NCBI GenBank assembly: GCA_023819255.1 | Contig: JAMWBU010000005.1 | Coordinates: 1,657-65,656, forward strand | From: Candidatus Omnitrophota bacterium | GTDB lineage: Bacteria; Ratteibacteria; UBA8468; B48-G9; DTJG01 | Length of the DNA: 64,000 bases | Reading direction: 5' to 3' | The notes under the pieces: model-generated | What the model was told of the DNA's origin: nothing | The model's database searches: none | What the model saw: only the letters and a program-made list of their open reading frames with translations | Program-made: the position numbers and the translations under genes | In this document: positions 39,862 through 50,932 of the stretch, one piece after another | Numbering within the stretch: the stretch's first letter is position 1 | Layout of the letters: every line of letters starts with the position of its first letter

Positions 39862-40306
39862 AGTATTTTTCCAGTTCGTTTCTTATTTCTGGCACACGAT
39901 TGTACGGGATTGCTTTATCTTCAATATCTTTTTTTTTATTTGCCTTTTTTTGTTCCAGAATATCAATAAATTGTTCAACTTTCAAGGTTCGCAATCCGGC
40001 AAGTTTTGCCTTTTTCCTTATCTCGTTGTCATTGGATACTATCGTTGTATCCCTGCCAGAAGAAGGAATTTTTTTAATAATAACGCTGTCTGCCGTGTCA
40101 TCGTATGACCAGACAACTTTAATATTCTGCGATGAAAGGGATGTATCAGACCATCCATCAAAAACAACCGTGAATTTTACAGAAGGGTGATGTCTGAGAT
40201 ATGCTTTCAAAAATATAATCAATACATGCCTGTCATCAAGCGTTTTTTTGCCTGACTGCCAGAGTTTATGCTTTATTATGTTGTTACCATCAATAACATA
40301 GTGCAT
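39797..40306 (-). CDS. NYN/YacP-like PIN-fold RNase
   Basis: VIDGNN, VVFDG, TADSVI, VSND. Confidence 0.85.
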   Translation of the reverse strand: MHYVIDGNNIIKHKLWQSGKKTLDDRHVLIIFLKAYLRHHPSVKFTVVFDGWSDTSLSSQNIKVVWSYDDTADSVIIKKIPSSGRDTTIVSNDNEIRKKAKLAGLRTLKVEQFIDILEQKKANKKKDIEDKAIPYNRVPEIRNELEKYYEKNPPSDRIRKIRKRIQRLF

Positions 40307-40310
40307 TTAC

Positions 40311-41630
40311 TTAAAGAACAGGGAAATAATTTTCAACCTCATACCGGCTGACACAAACCCTGTATTTATCCCATTCAATCTTTTTGTTCTCGATGAATTT
40401 TTCAAAAATATGCGTTCCAAGCGCTTCCTTTACAAGAGCGCTCTTTTCTGTCTCATGAATTGCTTCGATCAAACTTCCGGGCAGTGTTTCAATACTGTTT
40501 TTCTTTTTCTCTTCAATGCTCATCTCATAAATGTCAGTTTCAATGGCATCAGGCAGTTTTAATTTTTCTTCTATCCCGGCAAATCCTGCTGCAAGAATAA
40601 CGGTAAAAGCAAGGTACATATTACAGGCTGGATCAGGACTTCTCAATTCTACACGGCTTGCGCTTTCTTTTCCCGGCTTATAAATTGGCACACGAACAAG
40701 CGCAGAACGATTTTTCCTACCCCATGAGATATAGACAGGCGCCTCAAAACCCGGAACAAGCCTCTTATATGAATTAACCCATTGATTGCACACAGATGTT
40801 ATCTCCTTTATGTATTTCAAAAGTCCGGCCGTGTAGGATTTTGCGACAGAGGAAAGATAATTTGAATCTTTTCCATCGTAAAAGGCATTTTTCCCATCCT
40901 TAAATAGCGACTGGTGTATATGAAGGCCGCTTCCATTCTGTCCAAAAAGGGGCTTTGGCATAAATGTGGCGTAGATTCCATTTGAAGCAGCCACCTGCTT
41001 GATTAAAATTTTAAGAGTCACCATCATATCAGCCATCACTAGTGCGTCAGCATACCTTATGTCAATCTCGTGCTGGCTTGGCGCAACTTCATGGTGCGCA
41101 GCTTCAACTTTTATTCCCATTTTTGCGCACATCGAAACTGTTTCATTTCTCACCTGAGAGCCGATATCTGCGGGAATAAAGTCAAAGTATGTTGCCTGGT
41201 CAAGAAGATCCGGATTTCCGGGCGCTTTGAAATAAAAAAACTCAAGTTCAGGACCAACATTAAAAACATAACCATGATTTTTTATTTTTTTCAGGTACCT
41301 TTTCAACACATAACGCGAATCGCCATCATAAAACTTACCTTCTGGCGTAAAAATTGAGCAGAAAAACCTTGCTGTTGGAAATTTTGCCCATGGTAGAACA
41401 AGGTATGTCTCTGGCTCTGGCTTAAGAATCAGATCGCTTTCAAAAATTCTTGCGAATCCTTCAATGGATGAACCATCAAATCCAATGCCCTCATCAAGGG
41501 CTTTTTCAAGCTCATCGGGAGTTATTGTAACTGTCTTCAACTGTCCAAGTATATCTACAAACCAGAGTTCCACAAACTGAATCCTGTCTGCCTTAATTTG
41601 TTTCAATACAGTATCCTTATCCATTTTCAA
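40311..41630 (-). CDS. glnA: Glutamine synthetase type I
   Basis: FDGSSIEGF, HHEVAPSQHE, ATFMPKP, NGSGLH, SYKRLVPGFEAP. Confidence 0.97.
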   Translation of the reverse strand: MKMDKDTVLKQIKADRIQFVELWFVDILGQLKTVTITPDELEKALDEGIGFDGSSIEGFARIFESDLILKPEPETYLVLPWAKFPTARFFCSIFTPEGKFYDGDSRYVLKRYLKKIKNHGYVFNVGPELEFFYFKAPGNPDLLDQATYFDFIPADIGSQVRNETVSMCAKMGIKVEAAHHEVAPSQHEIDIRYADALVMADMMVTLKILIKQVAASNGIYATFMPKPLFGQNGSGLHIHQSLFKDGKNAFYDGKDSNYLSSVAKSYTAGLLKYIKEITSVCNQWVNSYKRLVPGFEAPVYISWGRKNRSALVRVPIYKPGKESASRVELRSPDPACNMYLAFTVILAAGFAGIEEKLKLPDAIETDIYEMSIEEKKKNSIETLPGSLIEAIHETEKSALVKEALGTHIFEKFIENKKIEWDKYRVCVSRYEVENYFPVL

Positions 41631-41895
41631 CTCCTTTCTTTAAAATCCGCCATTATATTTGCATATAATAGCATAATTCCAAACCGATTACTAATATCGA
41701 CCATTCCTGCACAATCAATCAACCGATCCGGCTTTATCTTATAACATATCAGCTTGCGCATATAAATATTGGAACAAAATTGGCTTTTTGGAATTTCTTC
41801 TTTGTTTGGAGTATTTACGCAGAAAGGAAAAAGTGATATTATTAAAACAAACTCCGGCCATTTAAACATAATTTACAGCCGCAAGATCAAAGACC

Positions 41896-43305
41896 ATGGA
41901 AATTATCAAAGAAAACTGTGGACTGGCAGGTATTTTCAGACATGCGCAGGCAACAGAAATACTTTATCTCTCATTATTTTCCCTCCAGCACAGAGGCCAG
42001 GAAGCAGCTGGCATCTTGCTTGGCGGTGAAAATTCTACCTGCTTTCATGGAGGTAGCGGGCTTGTTTCTGATGTTTTCAGTTCAAGCATAATCAAATCAT
42101 TGAAAGGAAACTATGGCATAGGCCATGTGAGATACTCAACAACAGGAACCAGCAACCCCAGAAATATCCAGCCATTTTCCATTGAATACAAAGGAAAAAC
42201 GCTGGCTGTTGCGCACAATGGAAACCTTACAAACAGCCGCATTTTGAGAAAAAAACTCGAAAGGCATGGTTCAATCTTCCAGACAACCATGGACAGCGAA
42301 ATCATACTTCATCTTTTTGTAAGAAGCAATGGAACAGATATTAAGGAAAAAATGACAAAGACGCTCAATCAATTAAAAGGCGCTTTTTCTCTTTTAATAT
42401 TTACTGAAAACAGCATTATTGCAGCAAGAGACCCTAATGGATTCAGGCCACTGTGCATCGGTACCCTTAACAAGAAAAGTTATGTGGTCGCTTCTGAAAC
42501 ATGCGCTTTTGATCTCATTGGAGCAGAATATTTGCGAGATGTGGAACCTGGAGAAATGATAATTTTTTCAGACAGGGGAATGGACTGTTATAAATGGGCA
42601 GAAGGACAAAAAAAATCACATTGCATCTTTGAATTCATTTATTTCGCAAGACCGGACAGCTATATTTTTACTAAGAGCGTCTATCTTGTTAGAAAATCTC
42701 TTGGTTACAACCTTGCGAAAGAATGCGATTTTACCGGAGACATAGTGATGCCTGTGCCTGATTCTGGCTCGATCGCGGCTTTAGGATTTTCACAGAAAAA
42801 AAAGATTCCATTTGAATTCGGCGTAATAAGAAATCATTATATCGGAAGAACTTTCATTCAGCCGGTTCAACAGATGCGGGATTCAGGAGTAAGGATAAAG
42901 CTGAATCCCGTAAAATCTGTTGTTCAGGGTAAAAGCCTCATATTGATTGAGGATTCAATCGTCAGGGGAACCACCTGCAGAAATAGAATCAGGTCATTGA
43001 GAGCTGCTGGCGCAAGAAGAGTAATGCTGGGAATTTCATGCCCGCCAATTGTGGCTCCATGCTATTTCGGAATTGACTTTCCTTCAAAGGAAGAACTGAT
43101 AGCGAACAAAAAAAAAGTGGAAGAAATAAAGCAATTTCTTGGCCTTGATGCGCTGCATTACCTCAGTTTACATGGATTGCTTGATGCGATGCCGCTTCCA
43201 CCTGATGAGTTCTGTACAGCATGTTTTACCGGCAAGTATCCTGTGAAACCCGATTACGCTTTTAACAAATATCAGTGGGAGAAAAAAAACTGTTGTGATT
43301 TCTGA
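41896..43305 (+). CDS. purF: Amidophosphoribosyltransferase
   Basis: ENCG, QHRGQ, GHVRYST, EDSIVRGTT, CTACFTG. Confidence 0.97.
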   Translation: MEIIKENCGLAGIFRHAQATEILYLSLFSLQHRGQEAAGILLGGENSTCFHGGSGLVSDVFSSSIIKSLKGNYGIGHVRYSTTGTSNPRNIQPFSIEYKGKTLAVAHNGNLTNSRILRKKLERHGSIFQTTMDSEIILHLFVRSNGTDIKEKMTKTLNQLKGAFSLLIFTENSIIAARDPNGFRPLCIGTLNKKSYVVASETCAFDLIGAEYLRDVEPGEMIIFSDRGMDCYKWAEGQKKSHCIFEFIYFARPDSYIFTKSVYLVRKSLGYNLAKECDFTGDIVMPVPDSGSIAALGFSQKKKIPFEFGVIRNHYIGRTFIQPVQQMRDSGVRIKLNPVKSVVQGKSLILIEDSIVRGTTCRNRIRSLRAAGARRVMLGISCPPIVAPCYFGIDFPSKEELIANKKKVEEIKQFLGLDALHYLSLHGLLDAMPLPPDEFCTACFTGKYPVKPDYAFNKYQWEKKNCCDF

Positions 43306-43330
43306 TACCGACTTATCACACTATCGCTAT

Positions 43331-44893
43331 CTATGATTGTTTCATACTGTAATATTCTTTTATGTCCCTGATTTCTATTTTTCCTTCTTTCAATTTTTTT
43401 ATCGCAAGCACTGTGGCATACGCGGCCCTTATGGTCGTAATCAAGGGAATATTTCTATGAACAGCAATCGTCCTTATGGAAATAATGTCTTTTTTCGGCT
43501 TTTTTCCTGATGGTGTGTTAATAATTAGCTGAATCTGATTATTCTTGATGAAATCTATGATATTGGGCCTTTCAGACTCATAGAGTTTACCTGCAATTTT
43601 AACATCAAGACCCATTTCAGAAAGAAATCTTCCTGTGCCCCTGGTGGCAATAATTTTAAAACCCAGATTCTGAAATTCTTTAGCCACTGGATGTATTAAA
43701 CCTTTGTGTTTGTCCTGAACACTTATAAAAACATTTCCCCCCAAAGGAAGTTTCTGGCCGGCAGCCAGCTGGCTTTTTGCGTAAGCCATTTCAAATGTCT
43801 TATCAATGCCTATCACCTCTCCGGTCGATTTCATTTCAGGTCCTAAAATTGCGTCCACATTTGAAAATCTGTTGAAAGGAAAAACAGACTCTTTCACCGC
43901 GAAATAATTTAATTTCACTTCTTTTTCAAATTGAAGTTCAGACAAACTTTTTCCCAGCATTATTTTTGTAGCAAGTTTAGCAAGTGGCACGCCGATTGTC
44001 TTGCTCACAAACGGCACTGTTCTTGAAGCTCGAGGATTAACTTCAAGGATATAAATCTCATCATCTTTTACCGCAAATTGTATATTTAGAAGTCCCACGA
44101 TATTCAATGAAAGCGCAAGTTTTTTTGTGGCTATTATTATCTCATCTACAACGGATTCTTTCAGGCTGAAAGGTGGAATCACTGTTGCGCTGTCTCCTGA
44201 GTGTATACCTGCTTCTTCTATGTGTTCCATAATTCCGCCGATTACGCATTTTTCGCCATCGCATATCGCATCCACGTCCACCTCAGCCGCATCATCAAGA
44301 AATTTGTCAATCAAAACAGGGTGATAAGGCGATGCCTCTATTGCTTTTCCAACAAATTCTTCGAGAGATTCCCTGTCATAAACAATCTGCATAGCCCTGC
44401 CGCCAAGAACATAAGAAGGCCTGACAAGAACTGGAAAACTTAATTTTTCTGCTATCTGCAGGGCTTCATAAAAACCTGTCGCTGTTGCGCTTTCTGGTTG
44501 TTTCAATCCAAGGTTATCAAGAAGCATTTTAAACTTCTTTCTATCTTCTGCGATATCTATTGCCTGCGGGCTTGTACCAAGTATTCTCACGCCTGCATTC
44601 ATCAAAGGTATGGCAAGTTTCAAAGGCGTCTGCCCACCAAATTGAAGTATCACACCTTCCGGATTTTCCTTTTCAAGAATATTCAGCACATCTTCAAATG
44701 TCAGTGGTTCAAAATATAACCTGTCAGAAGTATCATAGTCAGTCGAAACAGTCTCAGGGTTGCAGTTAATCATAATACTTTCATAGCCATGCTCTCTCAA
44801 TGCGAACGAGGCGTGAACACAGCAATAATCAAACTCTATGCCCTGGCCTATTCTGTTTGGACCTCCTCCGAGTATAGCAACTTTTTTCTTCAT
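43331..44893 (-). CDS. carB: Carbamoyl-phosphate synthase large subunit, C-terminal half
   Basis: LGGGPNRIGQGIEFDY, NPETVSTDYD, MGS domain. Confidence 0.93.
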   Translation of the reverse strand: MKKKVAILGGGPNRIGQGIEFDYCCVHASFALREHGYESIMINCNPETVSTDYDTSDRLYFEPLTFEDVLNILEKENPEGVILQFGGQTPLKLAIPLMNAGVRILGTSPQAIDIAEDRKKFKMLLDNLGLKQPESATATGFYEALQIAEKLSFPVLVRPSYVLGGRAMQIVYDRESLEEFVGKAIEASPYHPVLIDKFLDDAAEVDVDAICDGEKCVIGGIMEHIEEAGIHSGDSATVIPPFSLKESVVDEIIIATKKLALSLNIVGLLNIQFAVKDDEIYILEVNPRASRTVPFVSKTIGVPLAKLATKIMLGKSLSELQFEKEVKLNYFAVKESVFPFNRFSNVDAILGPEMKSTGEVIGIDKTFEMAYAKSQLAAGQKLPLGGNVFISVQDKHKGLIHPVAKEFQNLGFKIIATRGTGRFLSEMGLDVKIAGKLYESERPNIIDFIKNNQIQLIINTPSGKKPKKDIISIRTIAVHRNIPLITTIRAAYATVLAIKKLKEGKIEIRDIKEYYSMKQS

Positions 44894-44904
44894 ATTTTCA
44901 GCAT

Positions 44905-46542
44905 CTAATCCTGTTCATAGGTAGAATAGTAATAGGGCGTATAGGCGACAAATTCTCCGGCGCATGTGTCCACGCATTTATATTCAGATTCAATTCCATA
45001 TGCTTTTCTCAGTTTCCTCACACTTTGTTCTGTATTACCTGTTAGTTTACCTATATGAGAATCAGAAAAACCAAATTCTTTTGCCTTTTTCATTGTTTCG
45101 CAATCAATCGCCCTGCCATTAAATTTCTCAATCTCTTTTTCAAATTCAACGATTTCTTGTATATTTGAAAGAAACCATCTATCTATTTTGCACAGTTGAT
45201 AAACCTCTTCAACGCTTTTTCCTTCTTTAAAAGCTTTTTTTATCAAGAAAACCCTTTTGGGATTTGGCGTTTTCAATCCTTCCTCAACCTGTAAGTCAGT
45301 TTTTATATCTTCCAGACCAAGGTATCCCTCCTCCATGCTTCTGAGGGCTTTCTGGAATGCTTCTTTGAATGTCCTTCCTATCGCCATAACTTCTCCGACT
45401 GATTTCATCGCTGTACCAACAATAGCGGGTGTCTCCTGAAATTTTTCAAAATTGAATTTTGGAATTTTTACAACACAGTAGTCAATCGCTGGTTCAAAAC
45501 AGGCAGGGGTCTTTTTTGTAATATCGTTTGGAATTTCGTCAAGGGTGTATCCTATCGCAAGCTTTGTGGCAATTTTTGCGATTGGGAAACCAGTTGCTTT
45601 TGAGGCAAGGGCGGAACTTCTCGAAACACGCGGATTCATTTCAATAACAACCATTTCTCCGTTTTCAGGATTTATCGCAAACTGAATATTTGAACCTCCT
45701 GTTTCCACTCCTATCTCCCTTATAATCTTTATCGCGGCGTCCCTCATATCCTGATATTCTCTATCAGTGAGCGTCTGAACAGGAGCCACTGTGATACTAT
45801 CTCCTGTGTGAATTCCCATAGGATCAAAGTTTTCAATGGAACATATAACCACAACATTATCCTTAATATCTCTCATCAGTTCAAGTTCAAACTCTTTCCA
45901 ACCATAAACTGATTGTTCGATAAGTATCTCTCCTATGAAACTTGTCTTAAGTCCATTTTCAGAAAGTTCCTCAAATTCTTCTAAATTGTAAGCAATTGAG
46001 CTGCCTGTCCCGCCAAGAGTGTAAGCAGGTCTTATTATCACTGGAAACCCAATCATCTTTGCTATTTCCAGCGCTTCAACGGGATTTCGAGCAACGCCGC
46101 TTTGGGGAACTTTCAGCCCAATTTTTTGCACGGACTCTTTGAACAATTGTCTGTCTTCTGCTTTTTTTATTGCCTCGTAATTTGCGCCTATGAGTTTCAC
46201 ACCAAATTTTTCAATTACACCATTTTCGCACAGTTTTGTAGCGAGATTCAGCGCGGTCTGACCGCCAAGGGTCGGAAGAAGCGCGTCAGGTCTCTCTTTT
46301 TCAATAATCTTTGCTACTATTTCTGGTAAGAGAGGTTCAAGATAAACTCTATCAGCCATTTCAGGGTCTGTCATAATGGTCGCCGGATTGCTGTTTACAA
46401 GAACAACCTGATATCCCTCTTCCTTTAGTGCCTTACAAGCCTGGGAACCAGAATAATCAAACTCGCATGCTTGCCCTATCACAATGGGACCCGAGCCTAT
46501 CAACAGGATTTTTTTAATATCTGTTCTTTTTCCCATTTTCAA
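44905..46542 (-). CDS. carB: Carbamoyl-phosphate synthase large subunit, N-terminal half
   Basis: [17 protein letters not shown]...[17 protein letters not shown] then stop. Confidence 0.93.
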   Translation of the reverse strand: MKMGKRTDIKKILLIGSGPIVIGQACEFDYSGSQACKALKEEGYQVVLVNSNPATIMTDPEMADRVYLEPLLPEIVAKIIEKERPDALLPTLGGQTALNLATKLCENGVIEKFGVKLIGANYEAIKKAEDRQLFKESVQKIGLKVPQSGVARNPVEALEIAKMIGFPVIIRPAYTLGGTGSSIAYNLEEFEELSENGLKTSFIGEILIEQSVYGWKEFELELMRDIKDNVVVICSIENFDPMGIHTGDSITVAPVQTLTDREYQDMRDAAIKIIREIGVETGGSNIQFAINPENGEMVVIEMNPRVSRSSALASKATGFPIAKIATKLAIGYTLDEIPNDITKKTPACFEPAIDYCVVKIPKFNFEKFQETPAIVGTAMKSVGEVMAIGRTFKEAFQKALRSMEEGYLGLEDIKTDLQVEEGLKTPNPKRVFLIKKAFKEGKSVEEVYQLCKIDRWFLSNIQEIVEFEKEIEKFNGRAIDCETMKKAKEFGFSDSHIGKLTGNTEQSVRKLRKAYGIESEYKCVDTCAGEFVAYTPYYYSTYEQD

Positions 46543-47605
46543 TCATGGCAAAAAATTTTTCGAAAAGGTATCTTGCGTCCCTTGGTCCAGGAGCGTCCTC
46601 AGGATGGAACTGCACGCTGAAAACAGATAATTTTTTGTGCTCAAAACCTTCAAGCGTCTGATCATTTAGATTGATGTGAGTTACTTCAATATGAGGGTCT
46701 TTTATCGAGCTTGCGTCAACGCAAAAGCCGTGATTTTGCACTGTGATATAAATCTTTCCGCTTATCAGATCTTTAACTGGATGATTTGCTCCGTGATGGC
46801 CGAACTTCAGCTTGTATGTTTTTCCGCCAAAAACCTGGCCGAGTATCTGATGACCAAGACAGATACCAAAAACAGGAAATTTTTCAACCAGGTTAGAAAC
46901 TGTTTCTATCACATAGCGAAGCGGTTCAGGATCTCCGGGGCCATTCGAAATCAAAATTGCGTCCGGCTTTTCTTTTTCAATTTCCTGATAGGGCGCAGTG
47001 GCAGGATAAACAACAACTCTAATTCCTCTGACCGCGAGAAGTCTGAGTATGTTATATTTTACTCCGCAATCAATAACAACAACCTTGTATTTGCCATCAA
47101 CGTTCCAGACATATGGAGCGCTTTTCACAACATCTCTAACAAGATCTCTTCCAACAAGAGACGGGGAGTTTTTAACCTTTTCAAGCATCTCTTTTTTATC
47201 ACGCTCTCCATAAAATATTCCTGCTCTTTGAGCTCCCCTGTCTCTCAACAATTCAGTGACTTTCCTTGTATCCACACCTTCAATACCTGTGATATTGTTT
47301 TCTCTTAAAAGATCGTCAATAGATTTCTCGGCCCTCCAGTTTGAATAGGTTTTACTTTTTTCTTTCACAACAAAACCCGCAAGGTGAATTTTGTATGATT
47401 CAATGTCTGAACTGTTTATTCCATAATTGCCAATCAAAGGATATGTCATTGTTACAATCTGGCCTTTGTAGGAAGGATCATAAATAATTTCCTGATACCC
47501 TGTCATGCTGGTGTTGAAGATGAGTTCGCCAAAAGATTCGGTTTGAGCGCCAAAAACTTCTCCGGTATATATTGAACCATCCTCAACAACAAGATAGCCC
47601 TTCAT
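46514..47605 (-). CDS. carA: Carbamoyl-phosphate synthase small subunit
   Basis: [29 protein letters not shown]. Confidence 0.97.
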   Translation of the reverse strand: MKGYLVVEDGSIYTGEVFGAQTESFGELIFNTSMTGYQEIIYDPSYKGQIVTMTYPLIGNYGINSSDIESYKIHLAGFVVKEKSKTYSNWRAEKSIDDLLRENNITGIEGVDTRKVTELLRDRGAQRAGIFYGERDKKEMLEKVKNSPSLVGRDLVRDVVKSAPYVWNVDGKYKVVVIDCGVKYNILRLLAVRGIRVVVYPATAPYQEIEKEKPDAILISNGPGDPEPLRYVIETVSNLVEKFPVFGICLGHQILGQVFGGKTYKLKFGHHGANHPVKDLISGKIYITVQNHGFCVDASSIKDPHIEVTHINLNDQTLEGFEHKKLSVFSVQFHPEDAPGPRDARYLFEKFFAMIENGKKNRY

Positions 47606-47644
47606 TTTTTACAAATCTTTTTTGGCTGAGAAAATAAGCAGTAA

Positions 47645-50377
47645 TCAACCCTTTATCACATTGAAGCATTTTTCACACAATTCTGGATGCTGGCTGAAAT
47701 GTCCAACTGTTTGATGGTGTATCCAGCACCTGGCGCATTTTTTAAGAGCGGTTTTTTTCGCAATGATTTCCAGATTCTCTCCTTCCGCGATTGAGCATTC
47801 AGCAACCATCAGGAGATTTGTAAGATCAGGAAAACTTTCAATAAACGCCTTATTTTCGCCATCTGTTCTAATTTCAATCGCTGCTTCAAGACTGCTGCCG
47901 ATGTTTCCTGCAGACCTTTGCTGTTCAATCTGCTTCAAAACAAGTTTCCTGAAATCAAAAAATCTTGCCCATCTTTCAAGTAATCTGCTGTCAGGTTTTC
48001 TTAATTCAGGCCAGGTCTCAAGAAAAACACTTTCTTTTTTTCTACCTGGCATAAAAGAGTAAGCTTCCTCGCATGTGAAAGAAAGCGCTGGAGCAAGCAT
48101 AATAACAACCGACTTAAGTATTTGATAAATTGCGTATTGAGCAGCCCGACGGCTTGAAGAATTTTTTCCGTGCGTGTATAATCTATCTTTCAGGTAGTCA
48201 AGATAAAAAGAAGACATATCAATATTGCAGAAGTTGAAAATTTCACTTATACCTTTGTGAAAGAGACATTTTTCATAGTAGTTTGAAACATCGCATATAA
48301 GTTGATATGTTCTTTCAAGAGCCCATCTGTCAACCTCAAGCAGTTGGACTTTTTCAAGATCAGGATCGCAGTCGTAAAGATTGCCAAGCATAAACCTCAT
48401 TGTATTTCTGATTGTTCTGTAAACAATTACAAGATGGTCGATTATTTTCTGTGAAATTCTCATATCCTGCTGGTAGTTTTCACTTACTGTCCACAACCTC
48501 AATATGTCAGCGCCATATTTTTTTATAACCTGGTCCGGCGTTATAACATTGCCGAGCGATTTTGACATTTTTCTTCCTTCAGCATCCACAACAAAACCAT
48601 GAGTAACAACTGCTGAAAAGGGCGCTTTCTTCTCAATAGCGCAGGAAGTGATAAGAGATGTCTGAAACCATCCGCGATGCTGGTCGCTGCCTTCAAGATA
48701 CATATCAGCAGGCCATTTCAAATGTTTGTGGTTTTTTAGCACAGCAAGATGGCTTACACCTGAATCAAACCACACATCAAGAATATCCTTTTCTTTTCTA
48801 AAAGGACCCCTGCTGCTACAATAAGGACAAGCAAAATCCTCAGGTAATAGCTCTTTTTCTTCCTTCTCAAACCAGATGTTTGAACCATACTTTCCAACAA
48901 GTTCTGCAACTACTGCAATCGTTTGTTCATTGCATACAGGTTTGCCGCATTTTTCGCAGTAGAACACAGGAAGAGCCACTCCCCACAATCTCTGTCTAGA
49001 AAGGCACCAGTCAGGCCTTAAAGCAACCATGCTTGAGATTCTTGACTGGCCTTCTTCAGGTATCCATTGTGTTTTTTCTATCTCGCTCTGAAGGAGATGA
49101 CGCAGATTGTTATGGTCTATCTTCAAAAACCACTGTTTTGTCGCCCTGAAAATTACAGGCTTTTTACATCTCCAGCAATGCGGATATGAGTGCTGATAAG
49201 GTTCGCTGTGAAGAATAATGCCTTTTTTGCTCAAATTTTCAACAATCAATGGGTCAGCGTCAAAAACAAGTATCCCCTTCCATTCAGGGACTTCTTCTGT
49301 AAATCTTCCCCTTTCATCGACAGGAGATATAACATCAAGATTATATCTGAGCCCTGTTTGATAATCTTCCTCACCATGACCGGTTGCTGTGTGAACGCAG
49401 CCTGTGCCTTCTGCGTCAGAAACATAATCAGCCAGCACAACAATAGATTCTCTTTCAATAAAAGGATGAAGACAGATTGTTTTCTCAAGTTGATAACCCT
49501 TAAAAGAAGCCACTTTTTCGCATTGCCATTTTAGTTTTTCACAGATTACACCAGAAAGCTTTTCAGCGACGATGAAATAACCTGATTGGGTTTTTATCAG
49601 CGAATAATTCAGTTCCGGGTGAACCGCGATAGCCACATTTGCCGGCAGTGTCCAGGGAGTTGTTGTCCATATTAGAAATGATGTGCCCTCTGGCAGATTA
49701 AAATCAACTGAAAACCTTTTTACAGGAAATTTCACATAAACAGAAGGGCTTGTTTCATCCCAGTACTCAACCTCTGCTTCTGCAAGTGCTGTCTGACAGT
49801 GCCAGCACCAGTATATCGGCTTGTACCTCTGGATTATATAACCATTGATGAAAAGTTTTCCAAAACTTTCCACGATTGTCTTTTCATAGATCGGGTTAAG
49901 GGTGAGATATGGATTTTCCCAGTCCCCAAATACTCCAAGTCGTTTGAATTCATCTCTCTGTATTCCCATAAATTTTATTGCATAATCATGGGCTTTTTTT
50001 CTAAAAACGATTATGTCCACAGCATTTTTATCCTTTATCTGCATCTGCTGGAAAACCTGATGCTCAATCGGCATTCCGTGGCAATCCCATCCAGGGACAT
50101 AAGGAGAAAAGAATCCCTGCAAAGATTTGATTTTTACAACTGTGTCCTTCAAAATTTTGTTAAGCGCTGTTCCCAGGTGTATATGTCCATTGGCGTAGGG
50201 CGGCCCATCATGAAGTATAAATGATTTCCCGCCAGAATTCTTTTCAAGAATCTTTTTATAAATGTCCAGTGATTGCCATTTTTCCAAAATTTGAGATTCT
50301 CTTCTGGCAAGGTCCGCTTTCATCGGAAAATCAGTTTTTGGAAGAAGCACTGTTTCTGAATAGTTTTTATCAGCCAT
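47645..50377 (-). CDS. ileS: Isoleucyl-tRNA synthetase (type 1)
   Basis: HDGPPYANG-HLGT, WTTTPWT, EGSDQHRGWF, KMSKS, C-terminal Zn finger. Confidence 0.97.
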   Translation of the reverse strand: MADKNYSETVLLPKTDFPMKADLARRESQILEKWQSLDIYKKILEKNSGGKSFILHDGPPYANGHIHLGTALNKILKDTVVKIKSLQGFFSPYVPGWDCHGMPIEHQVFQQMQIKDKNAVDIIVFRKKAHDYAIKFMGIQRDEFKRLGVFGDWENPYLTLNPIYEKTIVESFGKLFINGYIIQRYKPIYWCWHCQTALAEAEVEYWDETSPSVYVKFPVKRFSVDFNLPEGTSFLIWTTTPWTLPANVAIAVHPELNYSLIKTQSGYFIVAEKLSGVICEKLKWQCEKVASFKGYQLEKTICLHPFIERESIVVLADYVSDAEGTGCVHTATGHGEEDYQTGLRYNLDVISPVDERGRFTEEVPEWKGILVFDADPLIVENLSKKGIILHSEPYQHSYPHCWRCKKPVIFRATKQWFLKIDHNNLRHLLQSEIEKTQWIPEEGQSRISSMVALRPDWCLSRQRLWGVALPVFYCEKCGKPVCNEQTIAVVAELVGKYGSNIWFEKEEKELLPEDFACPYCSSRGPFRKEKDILDVWFDSGVSHLAVLKNHKHLKWPADMYLEGSDQHRGWFQTSLITSCAIEKKAPFSAVVTHGFVVDAEGRKMSKSLGNVITPDQVIKKYGADILRLWTVSENYQQDMRISQKIIDHLVIVYRTIRNTMRFMLGNLYDCDPDLEKVQLLEVDRWALERTYQLICDVSNYYEKCLFHKGISEIFNFCNIDMSSFYLDYLKDRLYTHGKNSSSRRAAQYAIYQILKSVVIMLAPALSFTCEEAYSFMPGRKKESVFLETWPELRKPDSRLLERWARFFDFRKLVLKQIEQQRSAGNIGSSLEAAIEIRTDGENKAFIESFPDLTNLLMVAECSIAEGENLEIIAKKTALKKCARCWIHHQTVGHFSQHPELCEKCFNVIKG

Positions 50378-50860
50378 TTATTTTCCGCCTTTCAGTTTCT
50401 TTATAAGTATCGCTACTCTTTTCCCTGCATCTCTGCATTCTTTCAATGCTTTCTCATCGGGGCTGTCTATTGCGACAGGCCCGTAATGACCGCCTTCTGT
50501 TGTACCCTGGACAATCATTCCGTGTATCAGCATCATCTGGATCATCGAAAGAATTGTTGTCTCATTTCCGCCGGCAATGTTTGCTGATGAAGTAAATGCG
50601 GCTCCGACCTTGCCAATCATCTTTCCATAAAACCTAACTGAATCGTCAAAAAGTTTCTTTATCTCCCACGCTGGAGCACCAAAATATGTTGGAGAACCCG
50701 CGATAATCCCATCATACTCTATCAATTCTTTTGCGTCTGTTTCTTCAACCTTTTTAACTACGGCTTCAACATCTTCAGCAACAACGCCTTTTGCAATCTC
50801 CCGAGCCATTTTTTCAGTGTTTCCGGTCCTCGAATAGTAGACAATCAACACTCTTGCCAT
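50378..50860 (-). CDS. Flavodoxin/WrbA-like NAD(P)H oxidoreductase
   Basis: YYSRTGNT, GSPTYFG, GGNETT. Confidence 0.88.
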   Translation of the reverse strand: MARVLIVYYSRTGNTEKMAREIAKGVVAEDVEAVVKKVEETDAKELIEYDGIIAGSPTYFGAPAWEIKKLFDDSVRFYGKMIGKVGAAFTSSANIAGGNETTILSMIQMMLIHGMIVQGTTEGGHYGPVAIDSPDEKALKECRDAGKRVAILIKKLKGGK

Positions 50861-50932
50861 AATTTACCTCCTGAAAAAAAGTTGAATTTTTTTGGTATAT
50901 ATTATACAACCAAAAATGTCATCAGATGAAAC

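Noticed and set aside
41627..41895. Riboswitch or small ORF between the divergent glnA and purF genes
   Set aside because: No convincing stem set or known aptamer core could be seen by eye, and the ORFs lack an SD; an Rfam scan would settle it.
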